Source: Thermodesulfobacteriota bacterium
Lineage (GTDB): Bacteria > Desulfobacterota > Binatia > Bin18
Assembly (NCBI GenBank): GCA_964291405.2
Contig: OZ219926.1
Coordinates: 3,168,001 to 3,232,000 of the forward strand
DNA: 64,000 nucleotides
Direction of reading: 5' to 3'
Positions 9,429 to 16,740 of the stretch are shown here, piece by piece. Under the pieces are notes generated by a model, which had not been told where the DNA came from, did not search any database, and was given only the letters and a program-made list of their open reading frames with translations. The stretch's first letter is position 1. Every line of letters starts with the position of its first letter. A program made the translations under genes and the position numbers.

Positions 9429-10946
9429 ATGGCGCTCTTGGACCGAGCCGACTGGTATGACATTGCCCGCGACACCAATTGGACGCCGCAATATGTCACT
9501 GAAGACGCGCTTTTCCCGGAAGAGCAGAGTGGGGCGCTGAGCCTGCCGCTTGAGGCGTGGGAGAGCTATGACGAGCCCTATAAAGTCACCTATCGTGAAT
9601 ATGTGCGGACCCAGCGCGAGAAGGATGCCGGGGTGTATTCGGTCAAAGCCGCGCTCCAGCGGGCCAATTTCTTGGATCAGGCCGAGCCCGGCTGGGTGAG
9701 TATTCTCAAGCTGCACTACGGCGCGTTTGCCACGCTTGAGGCCATGGCCTCGAGTGCGGAGTCCCGTATGGCCCGCTTTGGCAAGGCCGGCGGTCTGCGC
9801 AATATGGCGACCTTCGGCTCGCTGGACGAGAATCGCCACGGTCAGATTCAACTCTATTTCCCGCACGAACACGTCCACCGCAGTCGGCAGTTTGACTGGG
9901 CGACCAAGTCGATGCACACCAACGAGTGGGCGGTTGTTGCCGCCCGTCATCTGTTCGATGACATCATGGCCGGCCGCGACGCGGTTGGAGTGGCGCTGAT
10001 GCTGACCTTTGCCTTTGAGACCGGATTTTCCAATCTGCAATTTCTCGGACTGGCGGCCGATGCCGCTCAGGCCGGTGATATTTCCTTTTCCAATCTCGCC
10101 TCCAGCATTCAAACCGACGAAGCGCGCCACGCCCAGATTGGCGGTCCGGCCGTGAAAATCCTGATCGCAAACGGGAAGAAGGCCGAAGCCCAACGACTGG
10201 TTGATGTTGCCATCTGGCGGGCTTGGACCTTGTTCGCCACCGTGACCGGTCCGTCCATGGATTATTACACCCCGCTCGACCGCCGCGAGAAATCCTTCAA
10301 AGAGTTCATGCAGGAATGGGTCTTTGGCCAGTTTGAGCGGACCCTGCTCGACATCGGCCTGGAACGCCCCTGGTATTGGGACACCATGCTGGCCGACCTT
10401 GATACCCGCCACCACGGGATGCATGCGGGAATCTGGACCTTTCATAAATCAGTCTGGTGGGATGTCCCGCCCGGCATCAGCCGAGCCGAACGCGCCTGGC
10501 TGGAGGAGAAGTATCCCGGCTGGGAAGAGACCTGGGGAGCGCATTTCTGGGACCCGATCATTGTCCGTTTTCTGAAAGACGGTCCGGTCGATACGGTCCT
10601 GCCCTCTATGGTGCAGTTGTGCAATATGGCCCAAGTGCCGATCACCGGTACGCCCGGCTGGGCTCCGGGCAAGACCGGCCGGCCCTTGCAGGATTTTCCG
10701 CTTGAACACGAAGGCCGCCTGTATCATTTCGGCTCGGAGGTGGACCGCTGGATTTTTCAGCAGGACCCGGACCGCTACAAAGATCATCTGAGCGTTGCCG
10801 ACCGGATGGTGGCTGGGATGATCCAGCCGCCGACCCTCGAAGGGCTGCTCGACTATTTTTCGCTCAAAGAGGGAGAACAGGGAGAGGATGCCCTCAATCA
10901 CAGCTGGTTGGAGGAGTACCGCCAAGAGCAGGCCCAGGCCGCCTGA
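9429..10946 (+). CDS. tmoA: Soluble diiron monooxygenase hydroxylase alpha subunit (toluene/alkene monooxygenase group)
   Basis: WYDIARDTNWTP N-terminus; iron ligands E104, DENRH (E134/H137), E197, DEARH; C-terminal YHS-like YHFGSEVDRWIF. Confidence 0.93.
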   Translation: MALLDRADWYDIARDTNWTPQYVTEDALFPEEQSGALSLPLEAWESYDEPYKVTYREYVRTQREKDAGVYSVKAALQRANFLDQAEPGWVSILKLHYGAFATLEAMASSAESRMARFGKAGGLRNMATFGSLDENRHGQIQLYFPHEHVHRSRQFDWATKSMHTNEWAVVAARHLFDDIMAGRDAVGVALMLTFAFETGFSNLQFLGLAADAAQAGDISFSNLASSIQTDEARHAQIGGPAVKILIANGKKAEAQRLVDVAIWRAWTLFATVTGPSMDYYTPLDRREKSFKEFMQEWVFGQFERTLLDIGLERPWYWDTMLADLDTRHHGMHAGIWTFHKSVWWDVPPGISRAERAWLEEKYPGWEETWGAHFWDPIIVRFLKDGPVDTVLPSMVQLCNMAQVPITGTPGWAPGKTGRPLQDFPLEHEGRLYHFGSEVDRWIFQQDPDRYKDHLSVADRMVAGMIQPPTLEGLLDYFSLKEGEQGEDALNHSWLEEYRQEQAQAA

Positions 10947-10954
10947 GGGTCCGT

Positions 10955-11242
10955 ATGGCACAGATTCCCATTGTCCATAATCTGCATCAGGAGTTTGTCC
11001 TGTACGTCTCTATCGTCGATACCGAGAACACGATGGATGAAGTGTGTCAGACGGCCGCCCAACTGAGCATCGGCTTCGAGAAGAACCAGAAGCCGGACGC
11101 GCCGCTGCGGGTGCGGAAAGTCGGAGCTGAGAAACCGTTTCCGCGCGATATGACGGTTGCGGAGGCCGGCATCACCCCAATGACGAGCCTCGAACTCTTT
11201 TATGAAGCCGCCGAGGCTGCTTCGCCCGAGCCTACACCATGA
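10955..11242 (+). CDS. tmoB: Toluene monooxygenase gamma subunit (TmoB-like)
   Basis: VDTENTMDEV, PFPRDMTVAEAGITPM; directly follows the alpha subunit. Confidence 0.88.
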   Translation: MAQIPIVHNLHQEFVLYVSIVDTENTMDEVCQTAAQLSIGFEKNQKPDAPLRVRKVGAEKPFPRDMTVAEAGITPMTSLELFYEAAEAASPEPTP

Positions 11243-12231
11243 GCGCCAAATCCGAACCGCTCAAGCCGCTACGGACCTGGAGTCATCTCACAGGTAGACG
11301 CCGTCGCCCGAGCGAATATGAGATTGTCTCGACCAATCTCATGTACGACGCCAAGAATGCGGAGTCTCCGTTTGAGCTGGGGCCGAATATCCCGCTCTCC
11401 AAGTGGTTCAAAAAATACCGCCACGCCTCTCCCCTCACCGGTCGGGACTGGGAGGAATTCCGTGACCCTGACGAGCTTACCTATCGTGCCTACAATACCC
11501 TGCAAGACGGCCAAGAGACCTATATCGAAGGGCTGTTCGACCAGCACAACGAACTCCAGTACGATACCGGCCTCGCTGCCGCCTGGGTTGCTGTCCTGCC
11601 GCGCTTGTACACCCCGGCCCGCTATGCGTTCCACACCGTGCAGATGGCTTCGCACTATCTCGTCCAGATTGTGCCGTCGAGTACGATTCGGAACTGCGCG
11701 ACCTATCAGGCCGCGGATGCCCTGCGCTGCGTATCCCATCTTGCGTATCGGACCGCCGAGCTGAAACAGACTTATCCGGATAGCGGATTTGGGACGGCTG
11801 AGCGCGCTGCCTGGGAAAATGCCGCCGCCTGGCAAGGCTTTCGTGAGTTGATGGAAAGGGTTTTGGTCGCCTATGACTGGGGCGAGAGTTTTGTCGCCCT
11901 CAATCTGGTAGCAAAGCCGGCCATTGACGAGGTGCTGCTGCGTCAACTGGCAGCCACCGGCCGTCGGCAGGGCGACAGTTTGCTCGGCCTGATTGCCGAT
12001 TCCGAATATCGTGATGTCCAGCGCTCCAGAACCTGGAGTACCGCCCTGGTCCGCTTCGCGGGTGAACGGCCAGAAAACCTGACGGTGATACGCGGCTGGG
12101 TGGAGCAGTGGCTCCCTCTGGCTGAACGGGCCATCGACGCATACTGCCAGGATTTGCCCGACAGCCCGCAGGCCGCAGCCACGGCTACCCAGGCCGTGCA
12201 CGGGTTTTTACAAGCTCTCGACTTACACTGA
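11239..12231 (+). CDS. tmoE: Toluene monooxygenase beta subunit (TmoE-like)
   Basis: LKPLRTWSHL..RRRPSEYEIVS, FRDPDELTYRAY, WQGFRELME, YDWGESFVALNLV. Confidence 0.92.
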   Translation: MSAKSEPLKPLRTWSHLTGRRRRPSEYEIVSTNLMYDAKNAESPFELGPNIPLSKWFKKYRHASPLTGRDWEEFRDPDELTYRAYNTLQDGQETYIEGLFDQHNELQYDTGLAAAWVAVLPRLYTPARYAFHTVQMASHYLVQIVPSSTIRNCATYQAADALRCVSHLAYRTAELKQTYPDSGFGTAERAAWENAAAWQGFRELMERVLVAYDWGESFVALNLVAKPAIDEVLLRQLAATGRRQGDSLLGLIADSEYRDVQRSRTWSTALVRFAGERPENLTVIRGWVEQWLPLAERAIDAYCQDLPDSPQAAATATQAVHGFLQALDLH

Positions 12232-12241
12232 GTTCCCCTGC

Positions 12242-12580
12242 ATGGCGTTTACCCGAGTCTGTAGCCTCGACGATGTATGGGAGGGCGATATGGCCGCGTA
12301 TGAGGTTGACGGGCAACCCATCGTCTTAGTCTATCCCATAGATGGTGAGATTATCGCCATTCAGGGGTTTTGTCCGCATCAGCAGTTTTCTTTAGCCGAG
12401 GGTGATTTCGACGGCCACAAGGTGCTCACATGCAGCGCCCATGTGTGGCAATTCGACGTCACGACGGGCAGTGGGGTCAATCCCCAAGACTGCGAACTGG
12501 TCCGCTATCCCGTCAAAATCGAGCATGACGAAATCTATGTAGACACTGTTGGCATAGAGCCAAAGCGTGTCGGGGTGTAG
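12242..12580 (+). CDS. tmoC: Rieske ferredoxin (TmoC-like)
   Basis: CPHQ...CSAH Rieske ligands; VCSLDDVWEG, GVNP.DC. Confidence 0.92.
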   Translation: MAFTRVCSLDDVWEGDMAAYEVDGQPIVLVYPIDGEIIAIQGFCPHQQFSLAEGDFDGHKVLTCSAHVWQFDVTTGSGVNPQDCELVRYPVKIEHDEIYVDTVGIEPKRVGV

Positions 12581-12582
12581 CT

Positions 12583-12882
12583 ATGGACAAACAGACAAGC
12601 AACAACAAAGTCGGCCCGGTGCTCCGTGCCGGGGATATCGCGGATGCGGCAATTGACGCGATCTACGAAGACAATCCGGACAAAGAGGTGCGGGTCGAAA
12701 ACCACCACGCTTACGTTCGGGTCGAGACCGATACCGAGTGTATTATCAGGCGCGAGACCATGGAGGCCAACCTCGGCCGGCCGTTCCATATGCAGGAACT
12801 GGAGACCGTCCTGAGTTCTTTTGCCGGACAGATCGAAACCAGCGCTCACTATATGCGCTTCTACTTGACAAAGAATCTCTAG
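12583..12882 (+). CDS. tmoD: Monooxygenase effector/coupling protein (MmoB/DmpM family, TmoD-like)
   Basis: NKVGPVLRAGD, DNPDKEV, LGRPF.MQELE..LSSFAGQI. Confidence 0.92.
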   Translation: MDKQTSNNKVGPVLRAGDIADAAIDAIYEDNPDKEVRVENHHAYVRVETDTECIIRRETMEANLGRPFHMQELETVLSSFAGQIETSAHYMRFYLTKNL

Positions 12883-13141
12883 GGAGAGTTCGGTATTTAC
12901 GTATGTCGCCTGTTGTTGAAGAATCGTTTGCCGCTCACCTGCTCAAGACTAATCGCTAGCACCTGTAGCGGAAGATAGAGAAATATCAGATCGATAGTGG
13001 AGACTGATCCTCTATTAGCCTGTGACCCACCGCACGAATCTGAGAGAATCCATAGACAAGAAGGGACAGGGGCGTCTTGGTCGCTGGTTATTCACAAACC
13101 ATGGCCTTGCCGTACTCTCTCCTCTGGATACTATGGGAGAC

Positions 13142-13390
13142 ATGAAAACGACGCTTGATATCCACGACGAACTTCTGGCACGGGCGAAACGCCACGCCAA
13201 GAAGACGGGCCGCCCCTTGCGTGCCGTGGTTGAGGACGGGCTCCGTCAGGTGCTTGCTGCGTCTCCCTCTCAGGACCGCTACCGGCTGCCCGATTTGAGT
13301 ACCGGCCATGCCGGCGCGGAGGACCCTCTTGAGGTCTATTCGTGGCAGGACCTGCGCGGGTTGATCTACGGAGAGACTGAAACACGATGA
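13142..13390 (+). CDS. vapB: Ribbon-helix-helix antitoxin, VapB-like
   Basis: MKTTLDIHDELLARAK...LRAVVEDGLR; stop overlaps the ATG of a PIN-domain remnant. Confidence 0.8.
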   Translation: MKTTLDIHDELLARAKRHAKKTGRPLRAVVEDGLRQVLAASPSQDRYRLPDLSTGHAGAEDPLEVYSWQDLRGLIYGETETR

Positions 13391-13431
13391 TTGCGGTCGA
13401 TACGAACCTGCTCGTCTATGCCCACCACTGA
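13387..13431 (+). pseudogene. vapC: Truncated VapC/PIN toxin remnant (14 codons)
   Basis: ATGA overlap with vapB; translates MIAVDTNLLVYAHH*, a typical PIN N-terminus, then stops. Confidence 0.8.
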
Positions 13432-13446
13432 ACAGAGGAGAAAATC

Positions 13447-13650
13447 ATGAAATTAAAGGTAGTCGTCCATGAAGCGGAGGAAGGTGGTTATTGGGCAGAG
13501 GTGCCCGCCATCCCCGGATGCGCGACGCAGGGAGAATCTTTTGAAGAACTGCTGAGCAATCTCTACGAAGCGATTGAAGGGTGTCTGTCCGTGGATGTCC
13601 AGGAGATTCCCACGTCGGACAAAGGCAAGATCATCGAAATCGCGGTATGA
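13447..13650 (+). CDS. hicB: HicB-family antitoxin (short form)
   Basis: VVVHEAEEGGYWAEVPAIPGCATQGESFEELLSNLYEAIEG. Confidence 0.9.
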   Translation: MKLKVVVHEAEEGGYWAEVPAIPGCATQGESFEELLSNLYEAIEGCLSVDVQEIPTSDKGKIIEIAV

Positions 13651-13852
13651 AGATCGTCAGTGGGAAGCGGTTCTGCCAAGTGTTAGAATCGCGAGGGTGG
13701 CAGTTAATGCGCGTCCGCGGTAGCCACCATATCTATGCCAAAGGGCTACCCCCGTTCGTATTTCGGTTCCGGTTCACGGTGGCACCCCTCTCAAACGTGG
13801 CCTACAGAGACATCTCATGAAGTTGGCGGATATTGAGGAATCGGAACTGTAG
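13647..13852 (+). pseudogene. hicA: HicA-family toxin, frameshifted
   Basis: MKIVSGKRFCQVLESRGWQLMRVRGSHHIYAK continues in another frame as PVRISVPVHGGTPLKRGLQRHLMKLADIEESEL*; 206 nt is not a multiple of 3; shift near 13742. Confidence 0.8.
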
Positions 13853-14017
13853 GCGCCGAGGAAAAGATTGACTTCGATGGCTCAATCTCGGAGTAAGGAG
13901 GCTGCTAAGACCGTCGAAACGCTCACGGGCCACGACGCGTTGCATAAGAACATCCTCACAGTAGAGTTTCAGTCCATGATGTGGAAGAACGCGTTTTGCA
14001 GGAGAAGATTCAAGCCA

Positions 14018-14209
14018 GCCTATTTCCTCGGAGCCAACGACCCCTACAAAGCCCTCAAGACCACCCTCAAGGCCGAGATCAACGCAGACGCCTGGACAAC
14101 CCTCAACAGCGACACCTCCCGCCCGTTCGACAAACCCACGTCCGGCCGGATTGCGGTCAAGGTCATCAACCATCTAGGGGATGAGGTGATGAAGGTGTTT
14201 CGGGTGTGA
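14018..14209 (+). pseudogene. 3' fragment of a site-specific DNA methyltransferase (type III Mod-like) gene
   Basis: AYFLGANDPYKALKTTLKAEINADAWTTLNSDTSRPFDKPTSGRIAVKVINHLGDEVMKVFRV* recognised as the C-terminus of large adenine MTases; the rest of the gene is not in the window. Confidence 0.75.
14109..14209 (+). repeat. Direct repeat copy 1 (101 bp, MTase 3' end)
   Basis: Matches 14899-14999 with 5 mismatches and no gaps. Confidence 0.95.
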
Positions 14210-14255
14210 CAATACCTTCTTGACAATCGTGCAAAAACGTACGACGTAGCGACTG

Positions 14256-14462
14256 GTGAAGAGTAATGAATTTGTCAGGCGGGCCAAGCGCTATGCAAGA
14301 AGAGTTGGGCTGGTAGCCTCCTTCAATCCAAGCCGTGGCAAGGGCAGTCACGGACGGCTTCACATCGGAGACCGCTTCACTACCGTGCCACGCAAGGAAA
14401 TCGGTCCAGGTCTGTTGGCCGCAATGTTGAACGATCTGAATATCGACAAGAAGGAGTTCTGA
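14256..14462 (+). CDS. hicA: HicA-family toxin (intact)
   Basis: 68 aa, basic, RGKGSHG motif, TTVP..EIGPGLLAAMLNDL; TTGACA at 14220-14225 upstream. Confidence 0.85.
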   Translation: MKSNEFVRRAKRYARRVGLVASFNPSRGKGSHGRLHIGDRFTTVPRKEIGPGLLAAMLNDLNIDKKEF

Positions 14463-14890
14463 TGCGATACGCTTATCCTTGTGTCTTGACGCCCGAAGAA
14501 GGCGGGGGATTTTTCGTGCGTTTCCCCGATGTGCCGGGAGCGCTGACCTGTGGCGAGGACCGGGCCGAGGCGTTGCTGATGGCCGAGGATGCCCTCGCTG
14601 TCGCCCTCGCCGGCTATGTGCAGCAGCAACGGGACATTCCCGCCCCAAGCTCTGCTAAAAAAGGCCAGGAAATTGTGACCCTGTCACCCCTTGTCGCCGC
14701 GAAGCTCGCGCTGTACACGGCAATGCGTCAGCAGGGCGTGACCAAGGTGGCCCTGGCGGCTCGTTTGGGCCTGAGCGAGGCAGTTGTGCGCCGACTTGTG
14801 AATCTCGATCACCGCTCCCACATCAGTCAGGTCGAAAAAGCCCTCCGCGCCGTAGGACGCAAACTCGCGGTCGAGGATCAGGCGGCATAA
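14462..14890 (+). CDS. hicB: HicB-family antitoxin with C-terminal HTH
   Basis: YPCVLTPEEGGGFFVRFPDVPGALTCG...TKVALAARLG...VRRLVNLDHRS; 1-bp overlap with hicA. Confidence 0.92.
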   Translation: MRYAYPCVLTPEEGGGFFVRFPDVPGALTCGEDRAEALLMAEDALAVALAGYVQQQRDIPAPSSAKKGQEIVTLSPLVAAKLALYTAMRQQGVTKVALAARLGLSEAVVRRLVNLDHRSHISQVEKALRAVGRKLAVEDQAA

Positions 14891-14898
14891 GGTCTATG

Positions 14899-14999
14899 GC
14901 GACACCTTCCGCCCGTTCGACAAACCGCAGTCCGGCCGGATTGCGGTCAAGGTCATCAACCATCTTGGGGATGAGGTGATGAAGGTGTTTCGGGTGTGA
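14899..14999 (+). repeat. Direct repeat copy 2 (101 bp, MTase 3' end)
   Basis: Encodes DTFRPFDKPQSGRIAVKVINHLGDEVMKVFRV*; offset exactly 790 bp from copy 1; begins 8 bp after the hicB stop. Confidence 0.95.
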
Positions 15000-15008
15000 G
15001 AACACTCT

Positions 15009-15833
15009 CTAGCGATTATCCCCAAACGCGGCGTCGCGCTCCTTGGCCCGCTTGGACCCGGAAAAGGTATCCTCGCCTTTCTCCAGCCGGTACATGCGGG
15101 TAAGGGCGTACGACTGAAACGCGCCGGTGACGCCGGTCCGAAAGCCGGCTTCGTCCTGCATCTGGTTCATCGAGAATTTGGCAATCCGCAACGCGTAGGC
15201 GTCCTGCAGGGCAATGCGCTGGGCGAGTTCCAGGGTCTTGGCTTCGAGCTGGTCGCGCGGCACAACCTCGTTGACCAGCCCCAGCCGCTCGGCCTCCACG
15301 GCCGTGATCCAGTCGCCGGTAAAGAGGTATTGCTTGGCCTTGCGAAAGCCAATGTCCCAGGCCAGGCTGGCGTACTGGACATGAGCGCCCGCCCAGCGCA
15401 CCGTGCGGTCACAAAACTTGGCGTCGTCCGCAGCAATAATGAGATCGCAGGCCGAGGCCAACATCAGCCCGCCCATAATGCAGTAGCCCTGGACCTGGGC
15501 AATGGTCGGTTTGGGACAATCCCGCCAGCGCAGAGTGCAATCCAGATAGAGGTCTCGTCCGCGTTTATATTCGCCCGGCATGCCCTTCGGATACGGGCGC
15601 TTTTTCCAGTCTTCCCGTTCCTGCGGCGTGCCAATGTCATGGCCGGCGGAAAAATGCTTGCCCGCACCGGCCACGATAATGACTTTGACCGACTCGTCTT
15701 CCGCGGCGGCGGCCATGGCCCGATCAAACTCTTCCAGCATCAAGCGGCTCTGGGCATTGAGTGCCTCAGGGCGATTGACGGTGATGGTCAGGACCGCCTC
15801 ATCCTGTTTCTGGGTCAGGGTTTCATAGCTCAT
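15009..15833 (-). CDS. Enoyl-CoA hydratase/isomerase family protein
   Basis: VNRPEALNA, FSAGHDI, KPTIAQVQGYCIMGG, CDLIIAADDAKF. Confidence 0.92.
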   Translation of the reverse strand: MSYETLTQKQDEAVLTITVNRPEALNAQSRLMLEEFDRAMAAAAEDESVKVIIVAGAGKHFSAGHDIGTPQEREDWKKRPYPKGMPGEYKRGRDLYLDCTLRWRDCPKPTIAQVQGYCIMGGLMLASACDLIIAADDAKFCDRTVRWAGAHVQYASLAWDIGFRKAKQYLFTGDWITAVEAERLGLVNEVVPRDQLEAKTLELAQRIALQDAYALRIAKFSMNQMQDEAGFRTGVTGAFQSYALTRMYRLEKGEDTFSGSKRAKERDAAFGDNR

Positions 15834-15872
15834 GGCTCCCTCCTTCATTGTTCGGTTTTGTTCGTTCGGTAG

Positions 15873-15900
15873 GTAGGGGCAATTCATGAATTGCCCCTAC
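15873..15900. repeat. GTAG-family REP-like perfect palindrome (28 bp)
   Basis: GTAGGGGCAATTCATGAATTGCCCCTAC is its own reverse complement; intergenic. Confidence 0.75.
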
Positions 15901-15955
15901 GGAGACTCTCCGCCGGGCGAGGCGAGAAGACGTGAAACCGAGGGGTGCATGTGGC

Positions 15956-16603
15956 CTAGGAACGGACCTCTTCTTCTGCTTCTTTGCGGGCGCGTCTCCC
16001 CAAATAGCCCCCGTGGTGGAACTTGGCGTAATCGGCTTTGGTAAAGCGTTTACGGGTCATGAGGACGAGGGTCAAGGCATCGCCTAAGGCCAGGATGGCC
16101 GTGGTGCTGGCCGAGGGGGTCAGGCCGATCGGGCAGGGTTCTTTAATGGCCCCGACGCTGAGAACGAGATCACTTTTCCGGGCAATGGGCGAGCGCGGAT
16201 GGCCGGTCACGGCGAGGAGCGGGATGTCGTACAACTGTTTGGCCCGGTGGATGGTTTCCAGGACCTCACGCGTTCGGCCGCTATTGGAAAACGTCATGAG
16301 GACATCGTCTTTGCCGACCAGCCCCAGGTCGCCGTGAGCCGCTTCGCCGGGGTGTAGAAAACAGGCCGGTGTGCCGGTTGAGGAAAGCGTGGTCGCAATC
16401 TTCATGGCCATAATCCCGACTTTCCCCATGCCGGTGAGAATCACTTTGCCTCGACAGTGCTCCAGCATATCCACCGCACGAAGAAAATCGTTGTTGAGAC
16501 GAATAGAACGGATCGCCTCGGCTTCTGCTTCGAGAATGGCTCGGGCGTGAGTCAGCTCATCCGGGTGTTTGGTGTGGGCTTTGTGGTCTTTTGACATGGA
16601 CAT
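15956..16603 (-). CDS. KpsF/GutQ family sugar-phosphate isomerase (SIS domain only, no CBS pair)
   Basis: TGMGKVG, STGTPACFLHPGEAAHGDLG, SNSGRT, TPSASTT, FHHGGYLG. Confidence 0.88.
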   Translation of the reverse strand: MSMSKDHKAHTKHPDELTHARAILEAEAEAIRSIRLNNDFLRAVDMLEHCRGKVILTGMGKVGIMAMKIATTLSSTGTPACFLHPGEAAHGDLGLVGKDDVLMTFSNSGRTREVLETIHRAKQLYDIPLLAVTGHPRSPIARKSDLVLSVGAIKEPCPIGLTPSASTTAILALGDALTLVLMTRKRFTKADYAKFHHGGYLGRRARKEAEEEVRS

Positions 16604-16740
16604 TCCTTCGGCTAGGTCTGGCTGTCCGCTTTTAGCAGTTTACGAGTGGAGCGAAAGTACCCTGATATTCTACGAGGAAGCCAGCCTACCACAAAGCCGC
16701 GTCTCGTCAGTCGCGCTCGCGCGGCATCACCCGACCACGC

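Noticed and set aside
9429-12882. Soluble methane monooxygenase feeding XoxF
   Set aside because: The Rieske ferredoxin, TmoB-type gamma subunit and alpha sequence indicate the toluene/alkene group, not MmoXYZ
13868-14209. 113-aa ORF as a real gene
   Set aside because: It is a chimera: only 14018-14209 resembles an MTase tail and the upstream part has no recognisable similarity
13100-15000. Classical integron cassette array or DGR template/variable repeat pair
   Set aside because: No attC-like RYYYAAC...GTTRRRY sites, intI or reverse transcriptase; the repeat mismatches are not confined to adenines
15956-16603. Truncated kdsD pseudogene
   Set aside because: The SIS domain is complete with a clean stop, and CBS-less isomerases are a known form
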